From Balanoglossus misakiensis (Eukaryota > Animalia > Hemichordata), in contig CM082576.2 of NCBI GenBank assembly GCA_040954595.2, forward strand, positions 4,500,760 through 4,564,759: a DNA stretch of 64,000 nucleotides. The letters run 5' to 3'. The notes beneath the pieces were generated by a model that made no database searches, had not been told where the DNA came from, and saw only the letters and a list, made by a program, of their open reading frames with translations. Position numbers and translations under genes: made by a program. Of this stretch, positions 25,421 to 38,700 are shown piece by piece. Within the stretch, counting starts at the first letter, position 1, and the number at the start of each line of letters is the position of its first letter.

Positions 25421-25897
25421 GGGTCAGGTGAGCTCCCACAGTATTTCCTGTCCTTGACTGAATGAAGTAGGGCTGATAGGTTATGGTAAAAAGGAAGCAT
25501 GTTCTGAACAATGAACACGAGGCAAAGAGTGGTATAACATGTTAAATCCTATAATTTGGCATTCTTGTATGGAACCTAAAATGCTTACAGTTAACAATTT
25601 ACCAGTAACTTGTAAGAGTTGTAATTTTATTAATCCCTTGTTAGCAGGAATTGGTAAATTAAATTACAAATCTTAAATTAAAAATATAAACTTTTAAATT
25701 AAATTTACAAGTCCACGATAGCATAAACACTGGTACTGAAGGAGTTACACATCCACATTTTACAATTTACTTTTCGCAATTACAGTATCATTGCAAAACT
25801 AGCCACATCCAGCAAACAATGGATACAAATACATGTACAATGTACTGACAGCAATATTTCCACCTACTTGAGCCTATCAGAGTTAATTAAATATTCA

Positions 25898-28800
25898 TTA
25901 ACTATCTTTGAAATGCACGTTGATGTCTTCCTTCTGTAGCCGGGAAGCTCGATTGTGCAACAATAAAATAAAGGGCAGCATCCACGTAAATTTTGGACAG
26001 AGGATGAAAGCCATGATTCCGTAACACTTCAGTACCATGTACGCTCCATATACCTGCCAGAGCAGCGCGCAAACTAGTAAAGTGTGCATGCATAGCCCTT
26101 GTATAAGTTTTCCCATTTGAGACATGATCCTGTTCCCCATGCTGCTGCTGTCGCCGCTGCTGGCCGAGTCGTGGGTGCGGTAAACTTGACCGACTCTGGT
26201 GACCAAGTAGCATGTGAGGGGGATTTGACAGAGGAGCATCTGAAAGTGACAAATGGAGTTACGATCAGATAAATATGAGGACACGAGCTGAGTGTCTGTC
26301 ATGTAACCATCCTAAGGAGATTTTCAAATCAATGTGCAGACATTCTTTCATTGAACAAAACTGGTAAAATGCATCAGCCAAGCCAAACCAATCCTAAATA
26401 GAATGAAAAAAACAAATTGTAATTTTGTATCATTTACCACCTGACTGTGAGCATCCTTCGTTTGTTTCAAAGTATCCATTTCAGAACCAAGGGCCACATG
26501 ACATCACCATCACACCAGCTGTAAAACTGGATTGTGGATATCCTGTCCCACAGTGCCCACACTTAAGAAAAATTATGGATCATATGAAGAAGAACCACAG
26601 ATCATAAATGATACTCACATCTAATGAAGCCACCACAAAGGGGAATGCTTCTGGTACAAAGACGCCAAGAACGTACACCCCATAAATTGTACTCACACCA
26701 ATGTGACCTGTTATCACTTCACCGACAAACCATGGCCCTAGAATGTCAAATCGGTTCCAAATGAATTTCAGAAAAAGAACCTCAAAATATCACAAACATG
26801 AAAGTCGATTTTCCTGTTCATTGATTCTTGTAATATCAAACATGTGGCAGAAAAATTACTCAGTAACTGTTGGTAAACTGAAAGTTCTTCAAAGGCCCAT
26901 TGCTGCTTGAAATGTAATTTGCGGTATCTCTATGTGACGTACCTAATGTGGTGTAAACACCAGCACCAAGTAGTGGGTAATACAGACAGTTGGTCTTCGT
27001 AAATAGAACAACATTTCTAAACAATCTGTTCGTTGTCAAACCTGCAAATAAGTCCAAAAATATCAAATAAAAGCAGGAATTCAAGGCATTTTTCATTCTT
27101 CTATGATACCAGTAAATGTTCCTTTTACACACAGTCACTATAGATGGTAGGAAAGACCTCCTGGCCAAAATGAAAAGAATTCTTGTTTTTGATTACTTGC
27201 CTTTCTCTTGGTCCCTTGTAAACCATTTAATGGTGGGCAGCGACAACACCACAATACAATATACAATGAAGAAAATTGATTTCATCTGTGGATTGAGAAA
27301 ACAACAATATTGTTTCTCTACGTAGAAAGTGGTGTACCTTTAGTATTAAGAAGTCGCTATTCCAAGAAGTTGTTTGTCATTTACATTGAAGTGGTGACTG
27401 TACTCTCACATTTCATAATCATAGACATCAAAATGCTTCCATGACAATTTATGTACATGAAACCTGTATATCACAGAAACTCACAATTAGCACCCAGTCC
27501 GACATCAGGATTACAGCCGGTACCAGCCACTGTAAAGGACGGCTACCGTCCACTGAGAATTCATACTCCACATGAGACACGCGGTCGGCTGAATCCTGGA
27601 AGAGGAAAGAAAAGAAAGGGTGAGCAAACAGATGCTGGTTCATAGGTCAAATGCATTGGAACTGATAAACTGTATGCATAGGAATGTACTAAGTTATTAC
27701 CATAATATTAGGTTCATTCAGAATATATACAGGCAGGTTGATTATTTCAGGAGGTTTTGGTGTCTTCTGATAGAGTTGCAAAAAGGGCTTGCAAAATGAT
27801 TGAACTGGATTGGTTGCTAAACTCCAATACCTTTGCAGTGACTTTTATCTTGTGAAGTCCTACACTATATTGTGTTGGTCTCCATGGCAACACATACAAT
27901 GGTCCCTCTACACGCTGTACTTTTCCAAGCTCGTCTCCATTCATCTCCACGGTAACTGAGACCACTGGTTCTGGAGAAAACACCAACATTCTGGAAAGTC
28001 GAAAAATAGGTTATCATTGACGGCAAAGTCATGAAAGTCTCCACTATGAATTGTAAAGTTCACCATTTTATGAAAATCTAGTGGAATTAATTTTTGAAAT
28101 GGCAAGAAATGATGATAGACACAACTAGACACAAAAATATGAACAAAATAAGTAACCACAAAACGGGTCACAGTACAAATCATTGACATCATCATTTCTG
28201 CATTGCAGGAAAACATGGCCAAATCTGGTGAATAATAAAGTAAAAGTCATACCTGATGTGGGTGGAATGTCTTATTTTGCCGAGAGGTTCATGTCGGGGA
28301 GCATAAAATCTTGCATCTTTAGGATTTGTGATAAGAATGACAGGCCACTTGCCAAATTTGACATCAACAAACGATAAAATGTCATGGTCAAAGGCCATGA
28401 CCCTATACCTGTATGTGAACAATTAAAATAAACAGATGAGAGAAATTACTCAGATCTTTTTTCTGATAGGTCTGTAAGAAAGCATTTACATAATGTAAAC
28501 TTGCTAAAACCAAACATTTTTTTATTGCTGAAGATCTCTTCATATGAAATTTATTTGAAATGAGCCCACATATAAATTGTCGTCACTCAAAGTATCACCT
28601 AAGTCCATGTACCTTGACAATGTCAGCTTAAAATTTCACAATCAAACATTAGAGTATTCATGCAGTGAAAACGAACAAGCAGATTAAGCCTTGAATGTTG
28701 TGTTTGGGAATTTGTGCAAAGAGAGAAGAACAGCTGCGAGTATTTTTGTTATGAAGACCATGCATGTCTCTGCAACAGCTGTGACTGCAGCTGTTACAAG

Positions 28801-31367
28801 TATACGTGAATCTAAACTTCCGTAGGCCATAGAGTGTCAGAGGCCGGAAATGAGCTATTTTCCTTGCTCCATACTGCCACTGTAAATATTACCGTAGATA
28901 TATATTGTGTATTTGCCATTTCTCTGCCTCAAATTGAATTCCTTTTTTTAAATTGTGGCAAGAAAAGAATGAATACGAATAGGAATACGAATTTGTGCCA
29001 GCACATTTCAACTGTGCACAGCCAGCCTACACCCATGTTCTGTATCTCTTGTGACAGTGCGTTTCCGAGAGTACAATGCCACTTACATTCTACTGTCTTT
29101 CCAGTCAGCCACTTCTAATTCCAAGGTGCCGGTCCTCTCCAGTGTCTGCATGTTGTGTACCATACCACCCAGGCTGTGTAAATGTCCGCACAAATGTGCT
29201 ATACCAGACCTGGAGGGCACACAATTTAGAAAATGCTGTTCTAAACCAAAGCGACACTTCCGGTTGCTGTCAGTCATTAATTAATTAGTACAGTACTACA
29301 CGTGAAAAGGATCCTAGCCAACCAATCACTAAGTGGAAATACACTCTCAACAAAAAAAGTGAAATTTCGGGCACATGAATACATTTGAATAAATTAATAA
29401 GTAACCCCTGACCTCATCACATGGCTTAGACCAGGTGGTGGTGCAAATACTGTTGATATTGGATAATGTCCCACAAAAATAGTTGAATTACTTCCCGCTG
29501 CTTTGTAACTAAGCCTTTCCACGTCTTCTAGTGATGACTGAAATTTAAGGGAGAACACTTCGTTATATAAAAGATAAAACCATAATAAGAACCAAATCGA
29601 AAGATAATTATTGGACAATTTTGATCAGTATGGATACAGCAAGCCATTTGCTGCCAATTCACCATGTAGGATACCAACCTTATCAAATACACCAAAGAAA
29701 TTAAAGGGTCTTCTTGGTCCAGGATTTGGGATTGAATCCACTGCAATGAAGGAGTAATTCCCAAAAGGCAGCGTCTGCTGATACAGGAAGTGCCCACATT
29801 CTCCCTTTTGGCCCATAATGGAGTACCGTCTGCAGAAAGAGGTACATTCATTCTTCAATGTAGTCTCTGAGTTCAAGGAATTTTGTGTAGTCATAAACTG
29901 ACCGCTTCATATTTCTAGTGCCACGGAAGGTGTCCCCTTCTCTGACATATTACAGCATTGGAGAGATGTCATGTGTTTGCACAAATCTGCAATTTGTCAC
30001 TCAGGGCATTTTGAACAGTTTTCTCTGAAGAATTATTAGCAATCGGCATTGTTTGACAACTTGTGTTTGGTTCTGTGTGACGATAATCATTCAGAAGTGT
30101 CTGTAATGACAGCTGAAGCTTACTTGAAATAATTCACATGGCTGTCCAGTGAAGGGACGTCAAATGCATCTGTGAATGAAAACAGTAACATGTGAATACA
30201 TCACAAAACAACATTTGTAACCAGACCATCTCACGAATGACACATTCCACTCTCATTCAGGGATGTAAACTTTACCATGATTTCCTCGGATATCAATCCA
30301 CACTGTCTTCTCAACCACTTTGCTGTGCTTCAGGATGTTATGATAGGTCTGCCATTCCACCTCGTACTGCATAGAACCCATGTTGATGGCGTCTTTGGCG
30401 TCGGTCAGATCACCTGTGAGGCAGAAAACAATGAGTCAGGGTCAAAGTCATTGCCAGAGACCTTCAAGACCTTGTTGGCTGTGTGGCGTCCTGAACATTT
30501 GGGGACAGCTTTTTTGCATTGTGCGAGAGGTTTTTGCTACAGTAATACTGGGCTTTGCTGTGATCATTTATTTTATCATAGATCAATTGATGGTGTGTAA
30601 AAAGTTGTTGACAGCACTATCACCAGCAGTGACCTGCTTGATCATCACTCTTCCTCGTTAGATAATTATACTGTCTTTTACCTGTTACCATAACTAAAGT
30701 GGGGTTAATGGCAGGAACATTTTCTTCACAAAACTTCTTGAATTCAGGAGCTCTCTTTGTGTCTCTGAATCGACTGATGTGGATGTCTGATATCTGTAAA
30801 AAAAGGCACATTTGATGAATATGGCATTCACATTTCTGAAGTTTTCATGTCACTGTTTTGAGATTTTCCGAACAGTTCAAACACTTCGGTAAAACGGGTC
30901 AGATGTATGTTAATTGAATATAACGGTAGACAATGGACATAATGATTGGAGTGGTACCATGCTATCTTCGAGAATGTAATGCGTATGTATTTATAGCAAA
31001 AGTGCCAGATAAAACTAAAAATAACCATGAAAAATAGTGCCAGATGTTATGTTGTGATCTGTGAAAGACTGCAACAGTAAACAACAGCTGACAATTTATA
31101 CAAAACAACTTCAATAAAAAATATTATTATAGCTCACAGCATGCAGATCAGGAGTTTGTCAAATAGCACGTCTCTGATTAAGTATTCATCACCTACATGT
31201 ACGAACCACCAGAGGTTATCCATGGAATCAGCTGGAAACGGTGGTTCCTGGTCCCTCTGGTGAGGCGGTCCCACATGCTCCACCGGCACTGTGTAGTAAT
31301 TCCGTATGAACCACAATCCGGTGAAGGCAAAGGCCAGGAGCAGGGATACAGCAGATGTTCTCTTCAT
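25898..31367 (-). CDS. TMEM62: Transmembrane protein 62 (calcineurin-like metallophosphoesterase + C-terminal TM region), 14 coding exons (31367-31197, 30793-30682, 30413-30276, 30169-30124, 29829-29679, 29537-29413, 29209-29087, 28408-28253, 27990-27831, 27595-27485, 27285-27201, 27041-26943, 26737-26619, 26239-25898); ~645 aa
   Basis: Metallophosphoesterase motifs [26 protein letters not shown] and LCGHLH; TMEM62 signatures [37 protein letters not shown] and GPWFVGE. Confidence 0.94.
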
Positions 31368-32274
31368 GACAATGATGTTCAATCTGCATTTATATTCACC
31401 AATGAGAACAGTGATTGATGTTTCTCCAGGTGAACAATGCCCTGTGATGGGGAAATAGAAAAAACAATTGCAAAATACCAGAACAATATAGGTGGTGTGG
31501 TGTGGTGTGGTGTACCTGTATCAATCAATCAGTGCATAGAAGCTGCATCCGGCATATTTTCCACATTCTTACAAGAGGACTAAAAATCTGATTGTAATGT
31601 TATATCGGCACACTCCACTTTTGTGACTTTTAAGAAAATATCAATTCTTGACCTATTTGCATACTTGTTGCCATTATTTTGACAGTCTATAGTTTTGGGA
31701 CTCTTGCAAAAATTTGGAAATATGCTGATACGACCTTCGTACTGATGCGATGAAATGCACTCTGCAAACAAGCAAGTACACCACACCCGTCCAGGCAGTT
31801 TACCTCACAGGCACATCAGTGATCTACCGAGTCAGTTTTGATGACTAATGAAGAGTGTGACTCATGCAATGATATATTGCTTTGCTTCAGTCTGCCGCCT
31901 GAGATGAAAGCCCACAACTAGGGTTTATGTGGTGTGGACTCAATAGTGAAAACCTTGGGAGATTCTTTTCAATTTTCTTGAAGGTATACAGTCTACTATG
32001 CAAATTTAACCACTGCCACTTTTTTATACCATTGGAAATTCAAATATAGAGCCAATCACAGATTTACATATAACATGTGCACACTTGTGCCATCACAGGA
32101 TGTAGGCAGGTCTTACGTTACGCCAGCCGATTCATGCCTTGCCATTACCACTAGGGATTCCTTATTGAAGCAATGGCAATTTAGGGAAAATGCACGCGAA
32201 ATGATGTCATAATACGCGATCGATCGTCAATGATGAGTTCGAGCACAGACTACTGAGCTGACCAGACAGACAGC

Positions 32275-32311
32275 TGATGATGATGATGGTGAGGATGATG
32301 AAGATGATGAT
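32275..32311. repeat. Imperfect (GAT)n microsatellite
   Basis: tgatgatgatgatggtgaggatgatgaagatgatgat. Confidence 0.7.
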
Positions 32312-32379
32312 CGACATCGACGTAAAGTGAAAAGTAGGAACGTCTGGAAAATAAGAGACAGACTCAGATTAACCTTACC

Positions 32380-32560
32380 TTGAATTATTACAATGTCTGA
32401 GATTCAGTATTTCGCCAACAGCTTACTACACATGATATGATATCATCATTTGACGTAAGTAGCCGACGACGAAACCTCTAGGAGGTCGCCATTTGCAATT
32501 CTGGTAACGTCGGTGAGGGCGCGGTCTATGAGGTATTTTTGACAAATTCTGACCTCTGAC
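32380..32560 (-). promoter_or_regulatory. Probable non-coding first exon and promoter of TMEM62
   Basis: Minus-strand donor AAG|GTAAGG near 32379, acceptor CACAG at ~31442, CpG-rich stretch with a GCCATTT (YY1-like) motif. Confidence 0.45.
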
Positions 32561-35500
32561 CAGAGATAAATTTGTAAAACACGTCGCCCTGATTCACAAA
32601 GCATCTTTTTGGATTAGCAACTAACCATGGCCGCCAAATATGTCGTTTAATTGAAAAAAAATAATGCAGGCCTTATATATCTGCGTGTGGATTTTTGTTG
32701 AAAGAACTTTAAAAATTTCGTTGAAAGATGGGCAACTGGCCACCTTCATCCTGTAAGACAATTAGCGATAACGATTTCCGAAATAAAGCGTTCTTGTAAG
32801 ATTACCATGCTTCCTTTGTTAAAATGTCGACCGCTCCACTCTGTATCGATTGGTCTCATTAGAATTGTGTTTTTTTTTTTGGCAACAGCGAACCCGAGGC
32901 TATCGTGAATCAGCAAATCTTTCCGTTATTCCATCGATTTCATCGATTGTGTTCTCTTGAGATGGAAAGACTCGTGTGTGGCCAAGAACTTTTTCTGACC
33001 TGATTTAGCAACTTCAAACCGGTGCTGTGTGACTTTTCTCTGTATATCAGTACATACGACGCAGTATATTTGCACCCACCATCTTCTGTGTGAGTTTTAT
33101 GGAACGCTGCAAAACTGCCACAGTCAAGAAATTTCCCGCTGATTCTAAAATATGCCGAAGGATCAATATCACGATATCGATCTCTTCATCTGAAACAATA
33201 AGTTCCACGGGGGGCATGATGGCTAAAAATAACCACTCTTCTATAGTTAACACACAGCCTCATGACTTCTTCATATATGTAAACCGTGATCCATCGACCA
33301 ACCTCGTCAGGATTTCGGTCAGAAATTAGCCATATTGGTTTGGTGATATCTTACTCACGCCGCTACGAAAAAGGACTCGATATTCTTTGGTACAAAAACC
33401 GTTTTCCGCCAGAGGTTTCTTAGACTAACAGCCGGAAAGTTTCATAGCATAATGGACACGAACTTGAGACCTTCATGAAAGTAAGACAAGGTAGGACACT
33501 TTCGATCCACTTTAGAGAAATTTGAGTTCTCGCATTTCTTCACATATTCGACCGACAGAGAGTAACAACACGAAACTGAAAAGTTTAGGCTGGTGTATTT
33601 CTAATTACATGTATCTGTATTTCCCTTACATTAGAATTCCTTTCGTTTATCTCGCTCTAAGTTTTTAAAACTTAATTGGCATTTTGCCCCTCTCGAAGCA
33701 ACTGGGGCGAATACGTAACGTGTGGACGACATGTCCGCAACGCACATTTGACAGTTTGAGTAGTATCGGTGTTGACGCAAGGGCATAATTTTGATGCAAT
33801 GTTGAGTTGTCGTCGTGACACTGAATTTTTCACGCAATGGTCATTTTCAAAATTACTCCTAATTTTCTGTAAATTTAGATAAATCCGCGAATTTTCACGT
33901 GAATTTTTGTAACGCAAGTTAGACCAAGCTGCCATTTTTGGGAATGTTTGACCACACCGACATTTTTGTTGCGACTTTTTGGACAGTACTTGCAGCGATG
34001 CAATTAAGAATAGTACAAAATCCTCTTTTCGAAAATCTTACCGTAATTTTTCACATAAGCTGGTAAACATCTGATAAGCATCATGCATCTCATTCAAAAT
34101 TTTGCACCTTGACCCTCAATTTTTATTCTTAATTTAAAGAGTCAGAAAATAATCTAAAGTTGCATTGAGCACAATATGAGAAAAAGGTTCCGTCCCTCAA
34201 CTGATTTTCGTGACGCGTACTGCCTTCAACAGGTGCGGACTCGCACCAGGTGCAGGTTGTATCGCTCTTGCTAAAATTACTCAATCATGAATTATGTAAT
34301 TATGCGTCAGGAGTGAAGAGTGGGTCGTTCAAGTAGAAAGCAGGGGGGGGGAGGACTTGGAGAATATTGGAAAGGCATGAATTGTCTGAGCTGAAATGTG
34401 ACATTTAAATAAATGATATAACTGATGCGCTAATGGAAGATGGAAGAGAGGGGGAACGAAGGAAAGAATAAGAAAGTCATGCATATTACAACGGGGCCAA
34501 ATAACTGGGTCACAGGAACACTGCAAGACGTCACAGGAAGCTGAATGAACAGGTCGATACATAAGTCAAAGCCGCGCAGGGGTCGAGGAGGACCGACAAA
34601 TCAAAGAAAGTGCAGCCGAATTTGATAGCAGTCAGAAACTTCGCAAAAAATTGCTTAAATCATTCGAGATGTACGTCTTCTCAGGCTTTCATAAAGTTTA
34701 CAGGAGTTCAGAAGTAGAACGTGCCTTTTGCGGTTAATCTGATATAATTTTACAGTTAAATTCAACAGTTCAATAAAGTCCATTTGGATAATCCGTTTTC
34801 CATTCTTCGGACAATGTTATCCGGGTACTCACTTCGTTGTCAATCGATAACTCCATCGCATTGCGATCTGCTATCCTGCTCGCAAGTCACACTTCGCAAA
34901 TAGAGTATTTAAATATCAAAGACTTTGTTTTGCCGAACAACATCCTGTTTTTGTGAATAATTTCACTACACCAAAGCGCTACTCGCCATTGGTGAGGCGG
35001 GGATATTTTGGCCATCACAAATTCACCCGAACACCACCTGTAACGGTTTCCCATCTTGAGCAGACATTCAAACGCGAACGATATGCGATTATACTTCGAA
35101 TTCCCTGTTGTTTTCGTTTTCCATATCTGTCTTCTTATATTTTTAGCATTTAAACAGTTAAAAGAAACAAATTGTTTGTGAGTTATTGATTGCATGTGGA
35201 AATTTTCCACACTGGCAAGTAAACAATTTCTTAATTCCCGCACATTCCACGCTAGTGTGTTTTCAACCGCTTAGACATGCTTTCCGGCTTCTGAACACCA
35301 GCGCAGTATTAGAAAAAAAAAACGTCACCGACTTTTGACATTATTTGTTTATTCTTTTCATATGAGTCTTTGTTATCTTACTGCTATGCTGAATCATTGG
35401 TCGATAAGCTCTACTCACACGCCTCCGATGGGCAGAACACATGAATTCTTCATGATGACAATTACACCTTTGAAAATGATGTCACCGAAGTATCAACACG

Positions 35501-35749
35501 TGACAGTTGTGAGGCAGGCACCAATGGAGAATAGTTTTGACAATCAATAGTTCGACGTGTATTGATATTGATAACTAAATCTTCATATAATATCTCAAAT
35601 GATGTAGAATATTTCAGTGAACAAGCTATCATAAGATATTAAACTAATCAAAAGGTTAAAAAAGTGAGCGAAATTGTTATTTTAACTCTAGCACCAAACT
35701 GTATACATTGTTTTCACACATAACCCTATACAATGTGTTACTCTTACAG

Positions 35750-38700
35750 ATGGCTTGGCTACTGGTTTTTGTCGTACTTGGGATGCCATTTGTCTACACG
35801 CAGGGTAAGTAGCCTCTGTCAACAGGTTTGAAAACATGACCATGTTTGAACATAACACGACAGCTACATAAATTTGAGAGTCGCATATTGAGATGGCTGT
35901 TGGCTGATCCGGGTTTTATTTTATCCAAACAAGCTCTGCCGTGAATCTGCCCGAAGACATTCTTCACCGTTCGCACAAATACGACAGCACATAAAAAACA
36001 TCTAACTCCCAATTTCCTTTCAGATTATGATGTGAGTTGGCAGGACAACTGGAGCGGTTGTACGTCGTATGAATTCGAGTGCGACAGCTCGCAGTGTCGT
36101 TTCACTCTGATGTACTGTGAATCGGCAAGTGTCTCCGAATGCGAAGATGGTATCGAGAATTCCATCGACTGCTCCACCCGTAAGAATATTTTTGTTATCA
36201 ACCCCATTAACATATTAGCTGTGGAAACGTAGATGTTCCGCTGGGGGTGGGGGATTAGCATATCCTCCCCCGGCGGAACAGCTGCGTTTCCACATATCAT
36301 TGTCATTTTTCGTATCCAGTAGTCTGAACTGTTAAAATTTCTTTTGAAGACGTGTCTGAGCGATTTTTAATCTTAGGCATATCGGCCATGATTCTTTTTT
36401 AAAAATTGATAGCGGGGAAATGTACGTTAATCCATAGACTGTAGAGGGTTAACCAGCAACTGTCAATGAAACTCTGTAGGAAGAGACAATTTCGATGTGC
36501 CCATTGTGCGCGTATATCCTGACATTTCACGAGCTCTATTTCTATACTGATATTGCTTTGTCAAACAGAGGAAATCACATTCGATAACTGGTTGATCTGT
36601 GATGTTTACGAATTCCCTTGTGGCGACGATGACTGCATATTGTCTGCGGTGTTCTGCGACGGCAGCAACTGCATCGATAGTTACGACTCCACAGTCGAGG
36701 ACGCCGAATGCTACGAAGGTAAGTTACCATGGCAACAAATTAAAATTAACTAACGCAATCGACATTTATTCGTATGGAGGCGGTTGACTTAGTTTCTTCC
36801 ATATGCTGGTGCTCTAACACATCTTTGAAGTTTCTCAGATATAAGGATATACAAGCTCACCGTCTTTTCTGCCTGTGCAAAATCCGATTTACGTTCACGA
36901 ACGACACACCTGTTGAACTGCTAGAGACATAATCCCATCACACGGTATGTTCCATCTACAGTGAGTTGCTCCTTTCACCAGACGGCGTGTGATTATATGG
37001 AGTACGGTGGCTGCATCAGTAACCTGCGATTCTGTGATGGCACCAGCGACTGTGTAGATGGTTTGGATGAACCAGAAAACTGCTCAACGGGTAAATAATT
37101 TGTGAATGTTTCAATAGAAATTGCGGCAACTAGCTGATGAGGAGCTGACTTGACTTGATGTTGTTGCTATACAGTTAACACTTTTGCATGAGAAGTCTTG
37201 ATAGGCCAAAATCTTGACCAGAACCAACTCAAGGACATGAATGAACAATTTAAAAAACACTCGAAGATCTTGATTTGAAATAATGTACGTCCTTTTCTTT
37301 CCAGTTATGTATCAGAATTGCGAAAGCATTACCACAGATTCGTGCCAGGCCGTACTTCCGTACGAATATGCTGTGTATCCCAACCCACAGGCCTACATGC
37401 AGTCTGATGTAGCAACGTTCGTCCAGTCTGCCACGTCGGCATCTTTCTTTGACTGCTCAAAGGACATGTCCTTCTTCGTCTGCGCAATGTACTCGCCCTA
37501 CTGTTCGCCAGACGACAGTTCCATCATGTTCCCGCCTTGCCGTTCCCTTTGCGAACGTATACAGACGCAGTGTTTGGGGACGTCTTTCTCTAACACCTTC
37601 GACGTGACAAACATAAACTGCACCATGTACCCGGAAACAGACTGTACGAACTATAATTCAGGTAAGCTTGGTTTTAAATCGATAAAACAATGCATGTAGA
37701 TTGAACATTATAATGCGTTTTATGTCAAAGGGTGCTAAACTTTCGGTGTCATTTTTGGTCATGTCTGCTTATTCCGTCTTTCTATTCAACTGCACAAATT
37801 AATTTTACCACTTTCGTGCTTGTGAGGAGAAAACTTGGCAACGTAATATTTACACATTCATTAGCAATTGTGCACCACCACCACAAACACAACAACACCG
37901 AATCAATTATCCGTCTCCAAACACTAATTTCAGCTTGTGGTGGAAACGTTACGCTGTCAGCCGGTGAATCGTTTGACGTGAACCACCCGAACTATCCCAA
38001 TTCGTACGACGGGGACCAGTACTGTGCCTGGTACGTTTACACGTCATCCGAAAACTACCTGGCCATACTTTTCGCTAACGTGGACATCGATGCCGCAGAC
38101 ACCTTGACCTTTGGCGAGGGGACAAATCCGTTCGACTCAACGACGGGTTTTCTGGACGTGTCTGGTTCATCTTTGCCCAACAACGAGACGACAGGCCTGC
38201 AGGGCATGTGGATACAGTGGGACAGCGCGCGAGCCTCTTCTGGCGGAAAATGGCATGTTGTAGTTGAAGGTAAGTTTGTGATGATTTCAGAGTTTAATAG
38301 CGCTGTATCCGCGGCTGTACTCGGGAAGATCCGCGTAAATTACCCGAGAGATTCTTGGAAACAGGTCGCTGCGTTTCTCTAAAATACAAGATCAGTTTAA
38401 CAATTTGCGTATATCATCTTTTATCTTGTCAACAGCGTTGGAATGTGGGGGATACTACGTCGTGGATACTGGAACCACGAGAACATTTTCCTCCCCCAAC
38501 ATCCGCGGGAAAGATAGCGCCGATTGCGAGTGGCACATAACAGCAGCCACGTCCAACAAGCTGATGGTTGTGCAGTTCCAGAACTTCAGTTCATCGGCTG
38601 ACGACATCATTTATGTCGGCGAGGGTCTCTATTACGACACGTCGTCGATCGCGTTCAATCACTCAAGCAATGACACGATGCCGTACGACTGGACAGCCGA

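Noticed and set aside
32230-32280. ATGATGA...CTGA motif
   Set aside because: Antisense to the TMEM62 host, too short, and merges into a GAT microsatellite.
32560-34250. Possible transposon remnants and short ORFs between TMEM62 and the polycystin
   Set aside because: I could not define termini, TSDs or transposase motifs by eye.
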